Shown: piece after piece, positions 12,800-25,664 of the stretch | Position numbering within the stretch: position 1 is the stretch's first letter | Layout: each line of letters opens with the position of its first letter | Assembly: GCF_024521635.1 (NCBI RefSeq) | Contig: NW_026250413.1 | Location: 682,001-746,000, forward strand | Length of the DNA: 64,000 nt | From: Tricharina praecox | Lineage: Eukaryota | Reading direction: 5' to 3' | The notes under the pieces: model-generated | Database searches by the model: none | Seen by the model: the letters and a program-made list of their open reading frames with translations, nothing else | What the model was told of the DNA's origin: nothing | Translations under genes and position numbers: made by a program

Positions 12800-15700
12800 A
12801 TGTCCCTTGAGATGGAGCAGCGTCGCTCAATGGAACAGGATAAGAACCTCTTCATCCATGAAGATTCTCCTGATGGGTCCATGAAGGCCATCAACCCCTC
12901 CCAGGTATGTCTTCACAACTTATTACCCTCTACATCTTTCATTCCACTTTTCTCTATTTGCTGCAATTGTTGTGCTTTTTCCATTTCATCTCCATCCCCC
13001 CTCACGTCTCCCTGTTTACTTCCACTCCATATCATCATTTCTATCTTTCCTTCCTACATTAGCTACAATTGATATCCTTGCTATTCACATCTTCACCTTC
13101 ATCCCATCTTCCAATATTCATCGCTCATAACATCTCCTACACACTCACAATTGATACCCTTGCTATTCACATCTTCATCTTCATCCCATCTTCCAATGTT
13201 CATCGCTCATAACATCTCTTACACACTCTCATCTCTTTGGATTCTTCTTGTAATCACTACCTTCTGCATCTTCACTTCTTACTATTAATATTATGATTAT
13301 TATGTTCTGCTTTTTTCATTTTCTTTCCAACATCTACCACAATGACCAATCTTGCTTCTGCCTGTTTCAGCCTGTGTGATGATGCTGACACTGCACCAGT
13401 CTGCAGGAGAGGTGAACACGACGGATGGTGCTGGAGTCGAGGAATTCGTCCCACTTATGACTTCTAAGATGGCCAACATTGGCCATGGTCACATGATGGT
13501 ACCTTCCCATCCTATTTGAGTTTAAACTGACATCATAGTTTTTTGTTTGTTCTTGCATTTTTATTTTATTTTTTTAACCGTCTGCTGACTCGTTATTCTT
13601 ACACAGGATTCGAGCTTCATGAAGCACAACCATGCCGCCCGAGATACGACCAAGTCCGAGAACGCCGATGTTCGTGATCTCCTCGCGAAGCTTCAAGAGC
13701 AGCAGCGCCTTATCGATCAGCAGCGGGACGCCCTCGAGAGGAAGGACCGTGAGCTAGGCAAGGTTAGGTTCGATCCTCCGTCTGGCCGCAACAGCTACAA
13801 TACATCGCCAGCCCATGGACCAGGAGAGTCTACTGCTGGAACGATGAGATCTATGTCTCCGGGTACGAGGTATCCCGCCGGACTCGTCGTTCAGGACATT
13901 AAGGACGTCAACCGTCTCCAGTCGGAACTCATGGCCGCCAAGTCTCAGATCAATGTCATGAACGAGGAACTTGCCCAGACTAGGATCACCAAGCACACTC
14001 TGGAACAGGCTATGAGTCACTCTGGCGATGATCACGTTGGTCTTGAAGATGTTTCGGAGCACACTTTGGCCACCTTGCAATCCAAGTTCGCCCAGCTGCC
14101 CCGACCGGGTGCGGAGAGAGCCGATACGTGGCCTTCTGCTGGATATGACGAATCAAGCTCATCGTCGATGGAGTTCCGTGAGCCTCATTCCATCTCTGCC
14201 GGCCCCTTTGCCGGGGCGTCCGGAATCTGGGGATCGTCTGGAAAGAATGGCCTATCCCAGCTGCCCTCGATGCCGCTGGCCAACCCAGTCGATCTACAGT
14301 TCCCGGGAGCTCCTGGTCGGCGTTCGTCCGGCATGGAGCCGAGTGAGATTTACGGTGCAGGAAACCGTGTTTGGAATACCCAGGGACACCGCTCCTTTGC
14401 CTCCCAGTCGTTGGCGGGCCCGCCACCTATCAGCACCGATCCGCGTTACTTCAATAGTCGTCGAGCATCATACAACCCAGGTGCCATGCCCTTTACCGCC
14501 TCGGTCGATAGACTGTCGCCATCGGCGCAGTTCAATCCCAGTCCTATCGGAACACCGTTGGCCACACCTACTGGCAACGACTTTAGTGCAGCTTCTGCTG
14601 CGGCGATCTGGGGTTCAGGAGTTCAGGTATATATCTCTCTTTCTTTTTTGCTTCATACATATACTTAAGCACTTTCCAGGTACCGGGCTCTGCGCCCCCA
14701 GGTCCCGGACAGACTTATGTCTCTACAATTGAGCCTCTCAACTACCGTCGGCTCTTGGAGCGTAGTGTCAACTGCAATTGGAAGTACATTGTCGACAAGA
14801 TTGTTTGCAATAACGATCAGCAAGCTTCAATCTTCCTTCAGCAGAAGCTGAAGATTGGCACGGCCGAGCAAAAGCACGCAATCGTGGATGCCATCGTCGC
14901 ACAGGCTTACCAGCTGATGATCAACCGCTTCGGAAACTTCTTGGTTCAGCGTTGTTTTGAGCATGGTACGCAGGACCAGATTCAGGGAATCGCTAACGCT
15001 ATCCGTGGAAACACGGTGGCGTTGAGCATGGACGCTTTCGGCTGCCACGTTATCCAGAAGGCTTTCGACTGTGTCCCGGAGGAGTTCAAGGCCACGATGG
15101 TGAGCGAATTGCTTCGCCGCATCCCGGAGACGGTCATCCATAGATGTGAGGTCCTCTTCCCCCCGTCCTTTCTCTCCTCTCTAACTTTCTCAGATGCCTG
15201 TCATGTCTGGCAGAAGCTTTTTGAGCTTCGCTGGGCCGGATCGCCCCCACAAATCATGAAGTATGTCAACGAAGCCCTGCGCGGAATGTGGCACGAGGTT
15301 GCCCTCGGCGAAACTGGATCTCTAGTTGTGCAGAACATCTTTGAGAATTGCCTGGAGGGGGACAAGGTTGGTTGATTTATCCCACCGAGAGGTTCAATAA
15401 CTGATGACTGGAATAGCGTCCATGCATTACCGAGGTGCTTGAATACATCGATCTCATTGCCCGTGGTCAGTTCGGAAACTGGTGCATCCAGCACATCTGG
15501 TATGGTGACTTCCCTCCTAACCTGTAGCACCCTTTGCTCATGTACGCCGCCATACAGCGAGCATGGAGCTCCACACGATCGCAGTCGTGCCATTGATGTG
15601 GTGATTCAGAATGCCCCGGAGTACAGCATGGACCAGTACGCTTCGAAGGTCGTCGAGAAGTGCCTCAAGGTCGGCGGCAATGAATTCTTGGATAGATATC

Positions 15701-16034
15701 TGGACCGTGTCTGTGAGGGCCGTCCGGATCGGCCCCGTATTCCGTTGATTGATAGTATGCTCCCTACACTGCATCCCGTGGAGTGCTCATTCTGACATCC
15801 CTTGCAGTTGCTAGCGATCAGTACGGCAACTACTTAGTGCAGTGGATTCTTCAGCATGCTTCCATGCAGCACCGTGAGCAGGTTGCCTCTCATATCCGCA
15901 AGCACATGGTCTCCCTTAGGGGTAGCAAGTTCGGATCTCGAGTCGGGATGTTGTGTTGCAACCCCATCTACAACCGTCAGACTCCTGGCCCGCCATCTCC
16001 CACGGCGCGCTTCAATAGGTTCGGATTTCGCTAG
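12800..16034 (+). CDS. Pumilio/PUF-family RNA-binding protein (Mpf1/Puf8-like), multi-exon
   Basis: PUF repeats DQQASIFLQQ, NRFGNFLVQR, DAFGCHVIQK, HRYACHVWQK, GETGSLVVQN, GQFGNWCIQH, DQYASKVVEK, DQYGNYLVQW. Inferred 5' exons 12800-12904 and 13400-13498 splice in frame to the exon starting 13608. Confidence 0.9.
13065..13228. repeat. 82-bp tandem duplication (2 copies) in intron 1 of the PUF gene
   Basis: 13065-13146 and 13147-13228 align with 4 substitutions, all transitions. Confidence 0.9.
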
Positions 16035-17574
16035 TCAAACTTCTTGATCAGAGCGTTAATTCCACACTTAGACCAACCTAATGGCTGATTGGGACCTTCG
16101 TTATCAACGACGTTCCTTTCTTTGGATTTCTTTTCTTAAATGATTTTACTTAGGGTTTCTTTTCTTTTCTTTTTCCTTTTTTTTCCTGCTTACGTTTCCA
16201 AGTTTGCACACACAGGATGAGAAGAGGACCCAAGGAGGCAGCAGGTATCATTTTTCGTTGGCGTTCACAACGCACAAGTCTCCTCGAGGGATTTGACGTT
16301 TTTTCTATATTTTTTTTTGCCTTCTTACCTTGCGATCCATAGATCGCAACATAGCGACGATACCTTTTCTTTCTGCGTTTCCGTTCTGTTCATTCTGTTC
16401 CTATTGTGCAGCAGTATCATCTTAATTCCCGAAATCTGCGGGGTCGTTTGGTTAGCAAAAAAAAAACTCAAGAGCTGGGACAGAGCCGATGTGGATGGAT
16501 GAGGGATTGAAGGACCGAGAAAGGGAGCTGTTAACGACTTTGCACTGTTTTTTTTTCGGGTTGTTTTTTGTTCTTGTACACTACATTACTTAGTCGAACA
16601 CAGTCCGTGGAGCTGTCATTCGAAATCAACACGATGGGGTGTTTTGCTTATACTTCAGCTTCGTTCTCGACTATTTGTTGTGATGAATTCTTTTAAGAAA
16701 CTATTATCCATGGCAGAGCTGCTTGGGGTTACTTTCAATCATAGATATCAGTACTGGAGCGAGAAATGGACACCGGTATGTACCTCCACCGTGGAGGAAT
16801 TTCTGCTAGACATTTACTACACCCCTCATACACTATGGTATGTACAGCAGTAGACACCAGCTACAAAACTACCGCCGTCTTCATCGACATCACCTTCAGC
16901 GGCCATTTTCCGAGCAGAAACAGAACAGTCCTTAACCTCGCAACAGTCACCGCAGCACTCCCAATCCCTACTATCCCCTGTGGACACCCCCGCATCGTTA
17001 TCGTCCACCTCGCATCTAGAATAGTGGTATGGAGAACGATTGGGGCTCGAGAGGACGCATAAAGGAGCTGAGGAAGGGACGGATGGAAGGGAGGGATGGA
17101 AGCAGTGGGGGAGTGAGAGCAGCATGAGAGCAGCATCATGGCCCATGGGCATACACGCAGGTATGTACTGCTTTCCGCTCAGTGGACTTCCTGCCTGCTG
17201 GGCAATGACTACATACGCTCCCCCTGGGTTTCTGACACTGCATTGCGATGAGTACACAGGCATTCTACCAGACAACTACCGCTACATACTTCTATGACCA
17301 TTGACACCTTCTTCCCTTTGAGACTCCGAGAGCGATGACACCCCTTCCTCATCCTCCCGCCTCTGAGAGCAGCAACTGGCAGAAGCAGAAACGGAAACGG
17401 AAACGGAAACGGAACGGACGGGCCGCGGAATGCCGTACATACCAGACACGACGCCGTTCCAGTAACGATTATCGGCGAGATGGAAACAAGGCCGGCCTAT
17501 GTTACCCGCGGCACCTACATCAACCCAGAATTGGCTACGATAGGAAGGGAAGGGGACGGAAGCAACGGGAGGAT

Positions 17575-17820
17575 GGGGAGAGGATTCTACGGGGACGGGA
17601 TTCTGCGGGGGCTGGATTTTGCGGGGACAGGATTGTGCGGGGACGGGATTCTGCGGGGACGGGATTCTGCGGGGACGGGATTCTGCGGGGACGGGATTCT
17701 GTGGGGATAGGATTCGGCGGGGATAGGATTGTGCGGGGATAGGATTCTACGGGGATGGGATTTGGCGGGGACTGGATTCTGCGGGGATAGGATTCTAAGG
17801 GGACGGGATTCGGCGGGGAC
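17575..17820. repeat. G-rich minisatellite, 16-bp unit GGGGACGGGATTCTGC, 15 full copies plus a partial
   Basis: Strict 16-nt period read directly; GGGG and GGATT are conserved in all copies and the other positions vary. Confidence 0.95.
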
Positions 17821-18557
17821 ATGGGCACGCCCATATATCACGAGTACCTACATCCTTTACCTCGAGAACATCCCACTGGGCATATCCCTATCTAGATGCA
17901 TTGCTGACGAGAATTAAATATTTAAACAGGTACTCATCCCAAAGCTGCTCCCACTACACGCATATATGCCACCTTCCGAGCCTTCCGAGTCCAGACGAAT
18001 CCCGAGTGAAACCCGACGGCTCCTTAGACACCATACCTACCTGTCAGCGAAGCACTCCGTACCTACTACGTCTACACCAACTCTACAACGATGACTTGTG
18101 AGGGTCTGTGAACGTCGAGATTCCACAGGTGTGGGTAAACTACTTATATCGGTGTGCCGAGAACGTCGGTGGTGATGGTGGTTGGCCCAGATATGAGATC
18201 CAACTCTAGGACTACCCAGACACATACCGGTATTGCATCCCAAGGAAAATCTATAGCTGTCCTGTCATGTAGGCTTAGTCTTCTACTGAGAGTTCAGTAG
18301 CCCAGTGCAAAGTTAATACTTTTGTTATGTAGGGCACCACGACACACTGGCAGAAGCCATTTCAGTATTAAATATACTCCGTAGCCACCGTTGGGGAGAT
18401 TTACTAAAAGTAAACCCGCCCCAAACGGTGGTTACTGCTAGAACTGGTTTTTTTTCTACATAGCGATACAACTGAGGCGGCTGGTGTTTCTCGCCTGTTC
18501 CTCCTGCTCTTCCTCCGCTTTCTCATCCTTGTCCGCCTCCTGCTGCTCCTACTGCTC

Positions 18558-19018
18558 CTACTGCTCCTTCTCCAGCTGCGCCTCCGCCTCCGCCTCCGTT
18601 TGGCGCTCCACCTCCTCCTCCTCCTCCCCGCGGATCTCCTCAACATCCATCTTCTGGGGCCACTCGCCGCCCTCAACGCTAGCGGGGACGGAGATCTTCA
18701 TGACCACCACGCCGCGTGGGGCGCGCTTCGAGCCGCCAGACAGGTGGTGGAAGCGCACACCCTCGACGAGCGTGGTGTCCTTGGTGACCTCCATCTCCGC
18801 GAGGCGCGCCATCGTGCTCGGCTTGACCGTGTAGATGTAGGTCTTGGAGATTCCGCCGCTAGCGGTAGCCTTGGATTTCTACGGCCGCGGTGTCAGATGC
18901 ATTGCGATAGGATTCGGGTCATGATTTGAATAGTTACCTTGCTGGCCTTACGGCATGGCGGCGTGGCGGCAGAGGGCTTGGAGATCCGCTTACGCAGATT
19001 GTATCTGTTGCTAGACAT
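18558..19018 (-). CDS. Orphan protein with basic N-terminus and acidic C-terminus, 2 exons
   Basis: ATG at 19018 (MSSNRYNLRKRISKPS...); intron 18937-18879 (GTAACT..CTGAC..TAG) joins in frame to KSKATASGGISKTYIYTVKPSTMARLAEMEV...EKEQ*. GC3-rich codons; no family recognised. Confidence 0.55.
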
Positions 19019-20860
19019 CTCTGGTAGGTACTTATTCGAGTTAGTATTCGTTATTTGTGAGTGAGTTTGTGTGATAAGACGGATCTACCTACTGACTTGA
19101 GATTTTTGGTGGACTCGGAAATAGTTCGATATTCAAATTTAGGATTGAATTCGGATTAGAGAGTTGTTTAAGCGTGGGATGTGTGTGGTGAATAGAAGAG
19201 AAGAAGAGAAGAGAAGAGAAGAGAAGAGGGTGGGCGTAGGCGTGGGGGTTTTGTGGGCGTGTTTGTGCCCCAGGCTTGAGGATAAGCTTCAATAGGTATC
19301 TGAAGCTGGCGAGATTCAATCGTAGATGGTGAGAGATGGTGAGAGAAGGTCTAGTGATGGCCTCGCGGGGCTATTAAATCTCACCGAGTAGCGATACTAA
19401 TCAGATCTTCCCACAGATTGCATAGGACTAGAGGGCCTCCGCCGTCGTATGTGTGGATATTGCCATAGGTAGTCGTCAGTGTATAAAATAGCCACCGAGA
19501 ATAGTTCTCGTCGTCGTGGGAGGGCTCTACGCCGTACTAGAAGCTGTCGGATGGGGCCTGCACATATCATTAGCATATGATATATCATGGGACCAAACAA
19601 TAGAGGAAAGGAGAACAGACGTTCCCAGGGCTGCATAGCCTTCGAGTCCGTCCTGATCGACACAATCGTAGTGCAGGGTCATAGTTCGACCCAAAAATTT
19701 CAGCAAGTAGCAGTTTGTCAGTCGACTGCAGTCCGTCCAGTCCACGCCTCCAGCTGGACTGAACCTCTCAGTCCAGTCCGATTTTTGCCGAAAGACGGGC
19801 TAGACTGGACTATCGGAGGCACAGTGTGCGGATGGGCCGGGCGGAGAGCAATAGGGAACCCGCATCGAGCTCGCGGCCAGCGGTCGGAGACAATGGAGTG
19901 GAACCGGACGTGTGTACAGCCATGATCTGATAAGGTCGAATGCTATGATGATCAAGCAGAACAAAACAGTTATGAAAGGTGAAACCGTGCTATTTATCCC
20001 ATTATCTACATAGTTTGCATATCTGTCGGCTTTTGCGATGGTGGCTGGTGAATTCTATGGATAGAGAAGCTGGAAAACAGGCTGGAGGCTTGTTCATGCG
20101 TAAATATGCACCTTTTCCCCATGCATCAGCCCCCAGTGGGTGCTTACTTAAGTATATACATGATCATACGTCGTCACCAGCGTCGGATCGCCGGGCCATG
20201 CATGGGCTAGAGACTGGCATCACTTGCTCCGACCATTACTCCAAAACAAAGTCATCGTCCTGAGGATTCTCGTCTTCATCCAGATCACGCCATAGGGTTA
20301 TCTGAGACATTGCGAACTGCACGGTGCTCACTGGTGACTGCATGCTGCATCAGCAATGCCACCTTCTGTCGTCGCCTCACCGCCTCCTTTCCCCATTGCG
20401 GGTGAATCGATACCCCGGAATATGTGCGCAGATGTGCCAGCAAAAAACAATCGGTGACGATCCGGGTCGCTTGGTTGGCGTGTTGCACAGCCGGCGTGGA
20501 TATGCTTCCTTCCCCAAAGCCATGGATTGAGCCGAACTCAATGGCCCTGTATCACCACCACCAACAAGGCTGCTGCTGCAATAGCGACACAGCCCCATTC
20601 CGTGTGCTGTATCGATGTGTCTTTTCTTCATGCGCGCAATAACGCACACACACCGAGCACAGCATGGCGAAGACGACGACGGGAACTGGCGGAGTCGTGT
20701 GGAACGAGAGCGGGAAACATATAATCAGAGGAATCCGCGGCGGCCATTCGATTCCGTTCCACTGGCTATCATTCCTTCCACCACCACCATCACCATCACC
20801 TCCTCCTCCTCCTCCTCCTCCTCCTCCTTCTTCTTCTTCTACATACGAAATATACAAAAT

Positions 20861-23800
20861 ATGTTGCGGAGGAAATGCACGATCGAAAACGGCAGTGTCG
20901 TGTCCGAACGCGAGGACGATTTCTACGACGAAGGTGATGACCAGTGGGCGCATGTGCCTAGGAAGATATCGTCCGTGGACGAAAGCGCGGATAGGATGGG
21001 GAAGCGGAACGATGATAACTCCAACTATCGGAACCCCTACATCGAAGACTACGCTACGAGCAATGAAGACGAGGGGAGGAATCAGCAGGAAGAGGACGAT
21101 ACAGATGCGGAGGAGGTGCCGCAGTACCAAAGAAGACCCAGGCCTAGACCGGTGAGACTGCTCGTTTCTTTTCCTGCCGGAGATGAATTAACGAAAGCTA
21201 ACTGACCAACGAAAGGGGGTCAATATATTGATTGAGCACAACAATGACAGATCAGTATATTCAAACGATTTATATTCCGAAACGTCCCAGAGGCAGAAGC
21301 CTCGTAGGCATACAACCGTTAGGTTCAAGGAGCCAGAGGGGTCCGAAGAATACCGGTACGGTGTCGAGCTCAAAGCTCACTTGAAGCGAGTCCAGACGTT
21401 GCTCGCCGAAGCCAAGAGAACGCTGCTAGTCAAGACCGAAAATCCCAAGCAGGAAACGAATGTTGATATGGATGAATTATTCCGCCGATTTTGTGAGCGA
21501 GTCAAATGGGAAGAAGCCAAGAGGGCGGAACTATTGGAGCGGGACAACCGGATGATTGTGGAAGAGGCGAAGATGCTGCAAGAGGCCATGCTCGCCGAAC
21601 ACGCGAAAGAGAAAGAATTCGAGGCGAAGGTTCGGGCATGCGTTGTGAATCTTTTGGGTCCACAATGTCTGGAGTGGTCCTCTCAAGGAGGTCCTCCTCC
21701 TTCTCGCCCTCCCCTTCCTTCACCACCTCAGCAAGCTATTGAGCCCGTGTGTACATGGCTACCAAAAGCCCTGATTTGCAAGGAAGCGATAAAAGAGCTT
21801 GGTGTGAAATATTACGAACGGGTAAGATCATTGGTATTCATTCGTTTTCTTTTACATACTAACAGTTTGCAGGATGAGTACTTTCTGGTGGATCAACACC
21901 TGGAAACTTCTACCCAGGAGGAGCTGGTTGACCGAACCATAGTCTTGAAAGGTTTTCCTATTGCGCCAATATAAATCACAGAACCCGAAACTAATCATCA
22001 ATAGAATATTCCAAGAGATTCCAAGCTGCTTCAGTTGTTGCCGGGCCAAATGGAACCTGGTGCAAACACATCAAACTGCCAGGCGCCCGATATCCTGTGG
22101 TCATTCCAGTCGCTATGGGCCCCCATGAGGAATGGGATGACGACGAAGACAGGCATTACGAGTCGTCGTATACGGCCTCGTCCAGCGACTTATCCCAATC
22201 ATCTTGGGATGCGACTTCTGTTACGTCGAACACTTCCATGGATGTTGCGCCGAGTCCACCCGTTGCGCCGAGCCCGCCCGTTGCGCCGAGCCCGCCCGTT
22301 GCGCCGAGCCCGCCCGTTGCGCCGAGTCGGTCCGCTGAACTTATCTGGCCGATTCCAGCCGGTTGTGAGGACCTCAACGATCTCGAACTTGGGTGCAGCG
22401 AAGACGGTTGTATCGAAAAAAAATTAGTAGCCACTAAGGATATACATGAGACTTCACCAGTGGACGGAACACATGATAGCGCACCAACCCATGATGCACA
22501 TGAGAACTTGCAGACCGAAGCTTCAACACCAGTATCCCCGAAAGACACGGTGCCGAAAGAAAACAAGGCCTTACGAGAACATACTCACGCGAAATCACTC
22601 GTCAAACGGAGCAAAAAGAAGGGACTTGTGAAACCGAAGAGACATGCCCATACTATCAGGACTGGAGCGGAGCCAAATCACTCCATTGATACAAGCTCGA
22701 CAGCGAGTCCATCTTCCAAAATACCTACATCGTCACCCTCAACACGAACCAGACGCAAGGCAAAGTGGAATAAGAGAAGAGTGAGATCGGTACCATCTCG
22801 GAGCCCCGTGGTTAAAAACGACGCACAGGATATGGACTGTGATAATCCATATGCGTGGCCTCCGGGGCTTCCGCCATTGGGCCTCGACGTTCATTCACCT
22901 TCGCCGAAGGGATGGAGGGAGGGAGCAAGGACGCCACAGGGATCACATCCACAACTAGACGAAGCACAACTAAGCCGCCTGTTCATGCCGCCCCCTCTGT
23001 GGGCTTCGAATCGCTTGCAACAAGTCGTGGAAATGGCAGCAACACCAAGCGCTTCCGTCCGTGGAGAGAAGGAGGAATTACCCACCTTTGACGTCGTAGA
23101 CGCAATTCATCCAGATGAATCGCACAAACAGTCGCAGCTTGCTAAGCTCACGGAGCCTACTTCTCGGGATTTACAGCCAATGCTGAGTTCCCAGTTGCTT
23201 CCTGATCTGGCCGATGTGCAACGCTGGATCACAAACACAAGAATCACCTCTAGTTTCCCAGATTCAAACTTCACCAGCCCTCCAAATCTGTCGTCCGACC
23301 CCGCGGTACCCTCACATAAAGCCCCATCGGAATTTACACAGCGGAACCTCACTGGCGACAGATCAGAAGCACGGAGACATAGCGCATCGCATGGTAATGC
23401 ACAAATTTCAGCTCAAGAAGGTCCTCGGGCCGTACTTGAAAGAGATTCTTCGATCTCCCAGTGGATTTCGGATCAGGACCAGGACCCAAAGCTTTCCGAT
23501 GTCCAGACACGGCAGCAATCATCTAATCAGCAAGCTATCTCGCAGCAGGAAAAGGACACCACCTACGACTTTATCGAACAGACGGAGTCTCTCGTTCAAA
23601 CTCTAACCTCTGAGGTATCACGCATGCTAGAGAACGAATTGCGCTCTGTCAAAGAGAGGGCCAAAAACGACAGAGAAAGAAAGCGCCGACAGCGCTCTGT
23701 GCGGATCATTCACCATGTCCATAGCCGTTCGCGTCTTCACCTCATCCCGAATTCTCATTCCCCCAATTTCGAATACAGGGTACCATCGCCACCGCCGCGG

Positions 23801-25664
23801 CCGCCGGCGCCACATCCCTATATCCTTAGAAACGCTTCGTCTTCCTATCCCTATTTATCATATGTGGATACCCGTTATCCCCCCGGTTATCCCCCCGGTT
23901 ATCCCCCAGGTTATCCCCGTGACCCCCGAACTCCGGCCGCCCCCTCGTCAAGTACCGGGGCGGAGGGATCCGAGGGGCAGAATGAGCAGGAATCTACCCG
24001 AACAGCAGTCGTTGAGCAGCAAGATCTTGTGCCGAGACAAATTTGCAGGACTGACTCTGGAATGACAACATCTCTTGAGGTTAACGAAGCACCAGGGTTA
24101 CGCAACCGCCGGGGCGGTGGCGTTTCTAGTGGTGTTGCTGATGGTAATGGGTTGGCCAATATAACCAGATCGAACCCATCGCGAGCAAGGGAACCGGTGC
24201 AAGCCGGAAATCCGAGTTTCGGTGATTCGGAAAGAGGTGTGGAAGCCGCAGAAGCAGGTCCGATATGGGTAAAGGCGTTGTCTTATCCCACAGAGGAGTC
24301 CGTGATGGTCGACACCCGGTCCGGTAACCAGATACCTCCAAGGCCGTACACAATACCGATGCCTTTATTGTGTCCCCCACCCCGGCCTCCTAGCCATCTA
24401 CTCGAAGATCCCCCATCTCAACACTCGTCACATAATTTGGGAGCGGAAGACCGGAGTTTTGTCCTCATCCACGAGCTCGACGATAGCAGTCGGCAGTACA
24501 GGGTTAGCCACCGCCAGCACCACCGAGACCGTGAAACATTAAGTCGGCGAGATGCTACTCGCCACGGCCACCACGGAGACGGGGATAAAGCCATGGTTTT
24601 ATATCGTTCCGAACGTCGAGCGCAGTCTTCTTACAGCCCTGAGCGTCGACCACAATCTACACCTAGCTATAGACACCGATCACGAACGCCATCATCACGC
24701 AGCATCAGGGACACCGACTATGAGCTTCCTGGGCCTGCCTTTGTGGCGTCTGAATTTTCCAATCGACCATCGGAAACTCCTCCGCCCATTGCACGGCAGT
24801 TACCATTAACCATGGTTCATTATCAGCCACCTCCTCTTTGCCCAAAAATCACGAAAGCCAAAGTTGTCGATGTGTATCATCAGTCGCCTTTCAAGTTTGT
24901 CCCTCGCACCAGGGAGGTAGCACCGGATACATTCTTCGTTTCCATCCTCCTATCATCCCAATCATCCGGATCCGAGTATAAAGTATTTCGGATAGAGCTC
25001 GACAAGAGTGAGGTTGATGATCGAGCCCTATTCCAGAAGATAAAGTCAACGTTCCATGATATCCGAGGGTGGCGACGCAGGTTTTCATTCAAGGGAGTAA
25101 CCGACATCAAATTTGCCCAAGTATGTTTCCTCCCTTCAAATCCACTATTCACTGTTGCTAATCCATCCACAGTACGGCCAAGATGGACTCCCATGGCACC
25201 AAAACGCCGACCCCCAATTCCGCCATTTGATCGTCACCCCAATATGGCGTCCCATCGATTACGAAGCCTATGCCGGAAATCAGCTCCTGCGGTACTTCTA
25301 CAGCCCCAGAAAGCTACAACCAGCAAGCCACCAGTGGATAAACGCATTCACCGAGTTGAACGGCGGCAAGCCAGTACCAAAGATCCTCGATCTTCACGGG
25401 AAAAGGATATCGAAGGAGGTCTACGCCCCGCCGCTTGACGAGCCCTCTGGCCAGGGAATAATCTTTACCGAGGGTTGGCTGCCGGATAGGATCATTGCTA
25501 CTGTTGGAGCGATGGTCCTCGCTAGCTTCATAATCTCCTTGATATGGAGCTTTCTCAGGGGCCCGGAACAGGGGATTGCCGCAGGCAGCTATGTTCTCGC
25601 GGCTTGTTCGAGTATTGTGGGAATGGTGTCGCTGGTTAGTGCACTGGATTTTATGGGTTCTTAA
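20861..25664 (+). CDS. Large hypothetical protein (~1500 aa): coiled coil, DUF8035-like segment, long disordered region, two C-terminal TM helices
   Basis: Introns after 21151, 21821, ~21951 and 25120 join ORFs 20615, 21228, 22097 and 25113 in frame. WLPKALICKEAIKELGVKYYER-DEYFLVDQHL resembles a fungal DUF8035-type motif; the C-terminus GIIFTEGWLPDRI followed by two hydrophobic helices is a common fungal tail. The start could be as far upstream as ATG 20630. Confidence 0.6.

Noticed and set aside
17040-17465. Possible decayed ORF with three in-frame TGA codons (17295, 17319, 17364), perhaps from CGA-to-TGA changes
   Set aside because: No recognisable protein motif or codon bias; could be chance.
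17575-17820. CRISPR-like array or repeat-protein ORFs (17335-17742, 17535-17834)
   Set aside because: Contiguous 16-bp units with no unique spacers in a eukaryotic context; the ORFs are by-products of the minisatellite.
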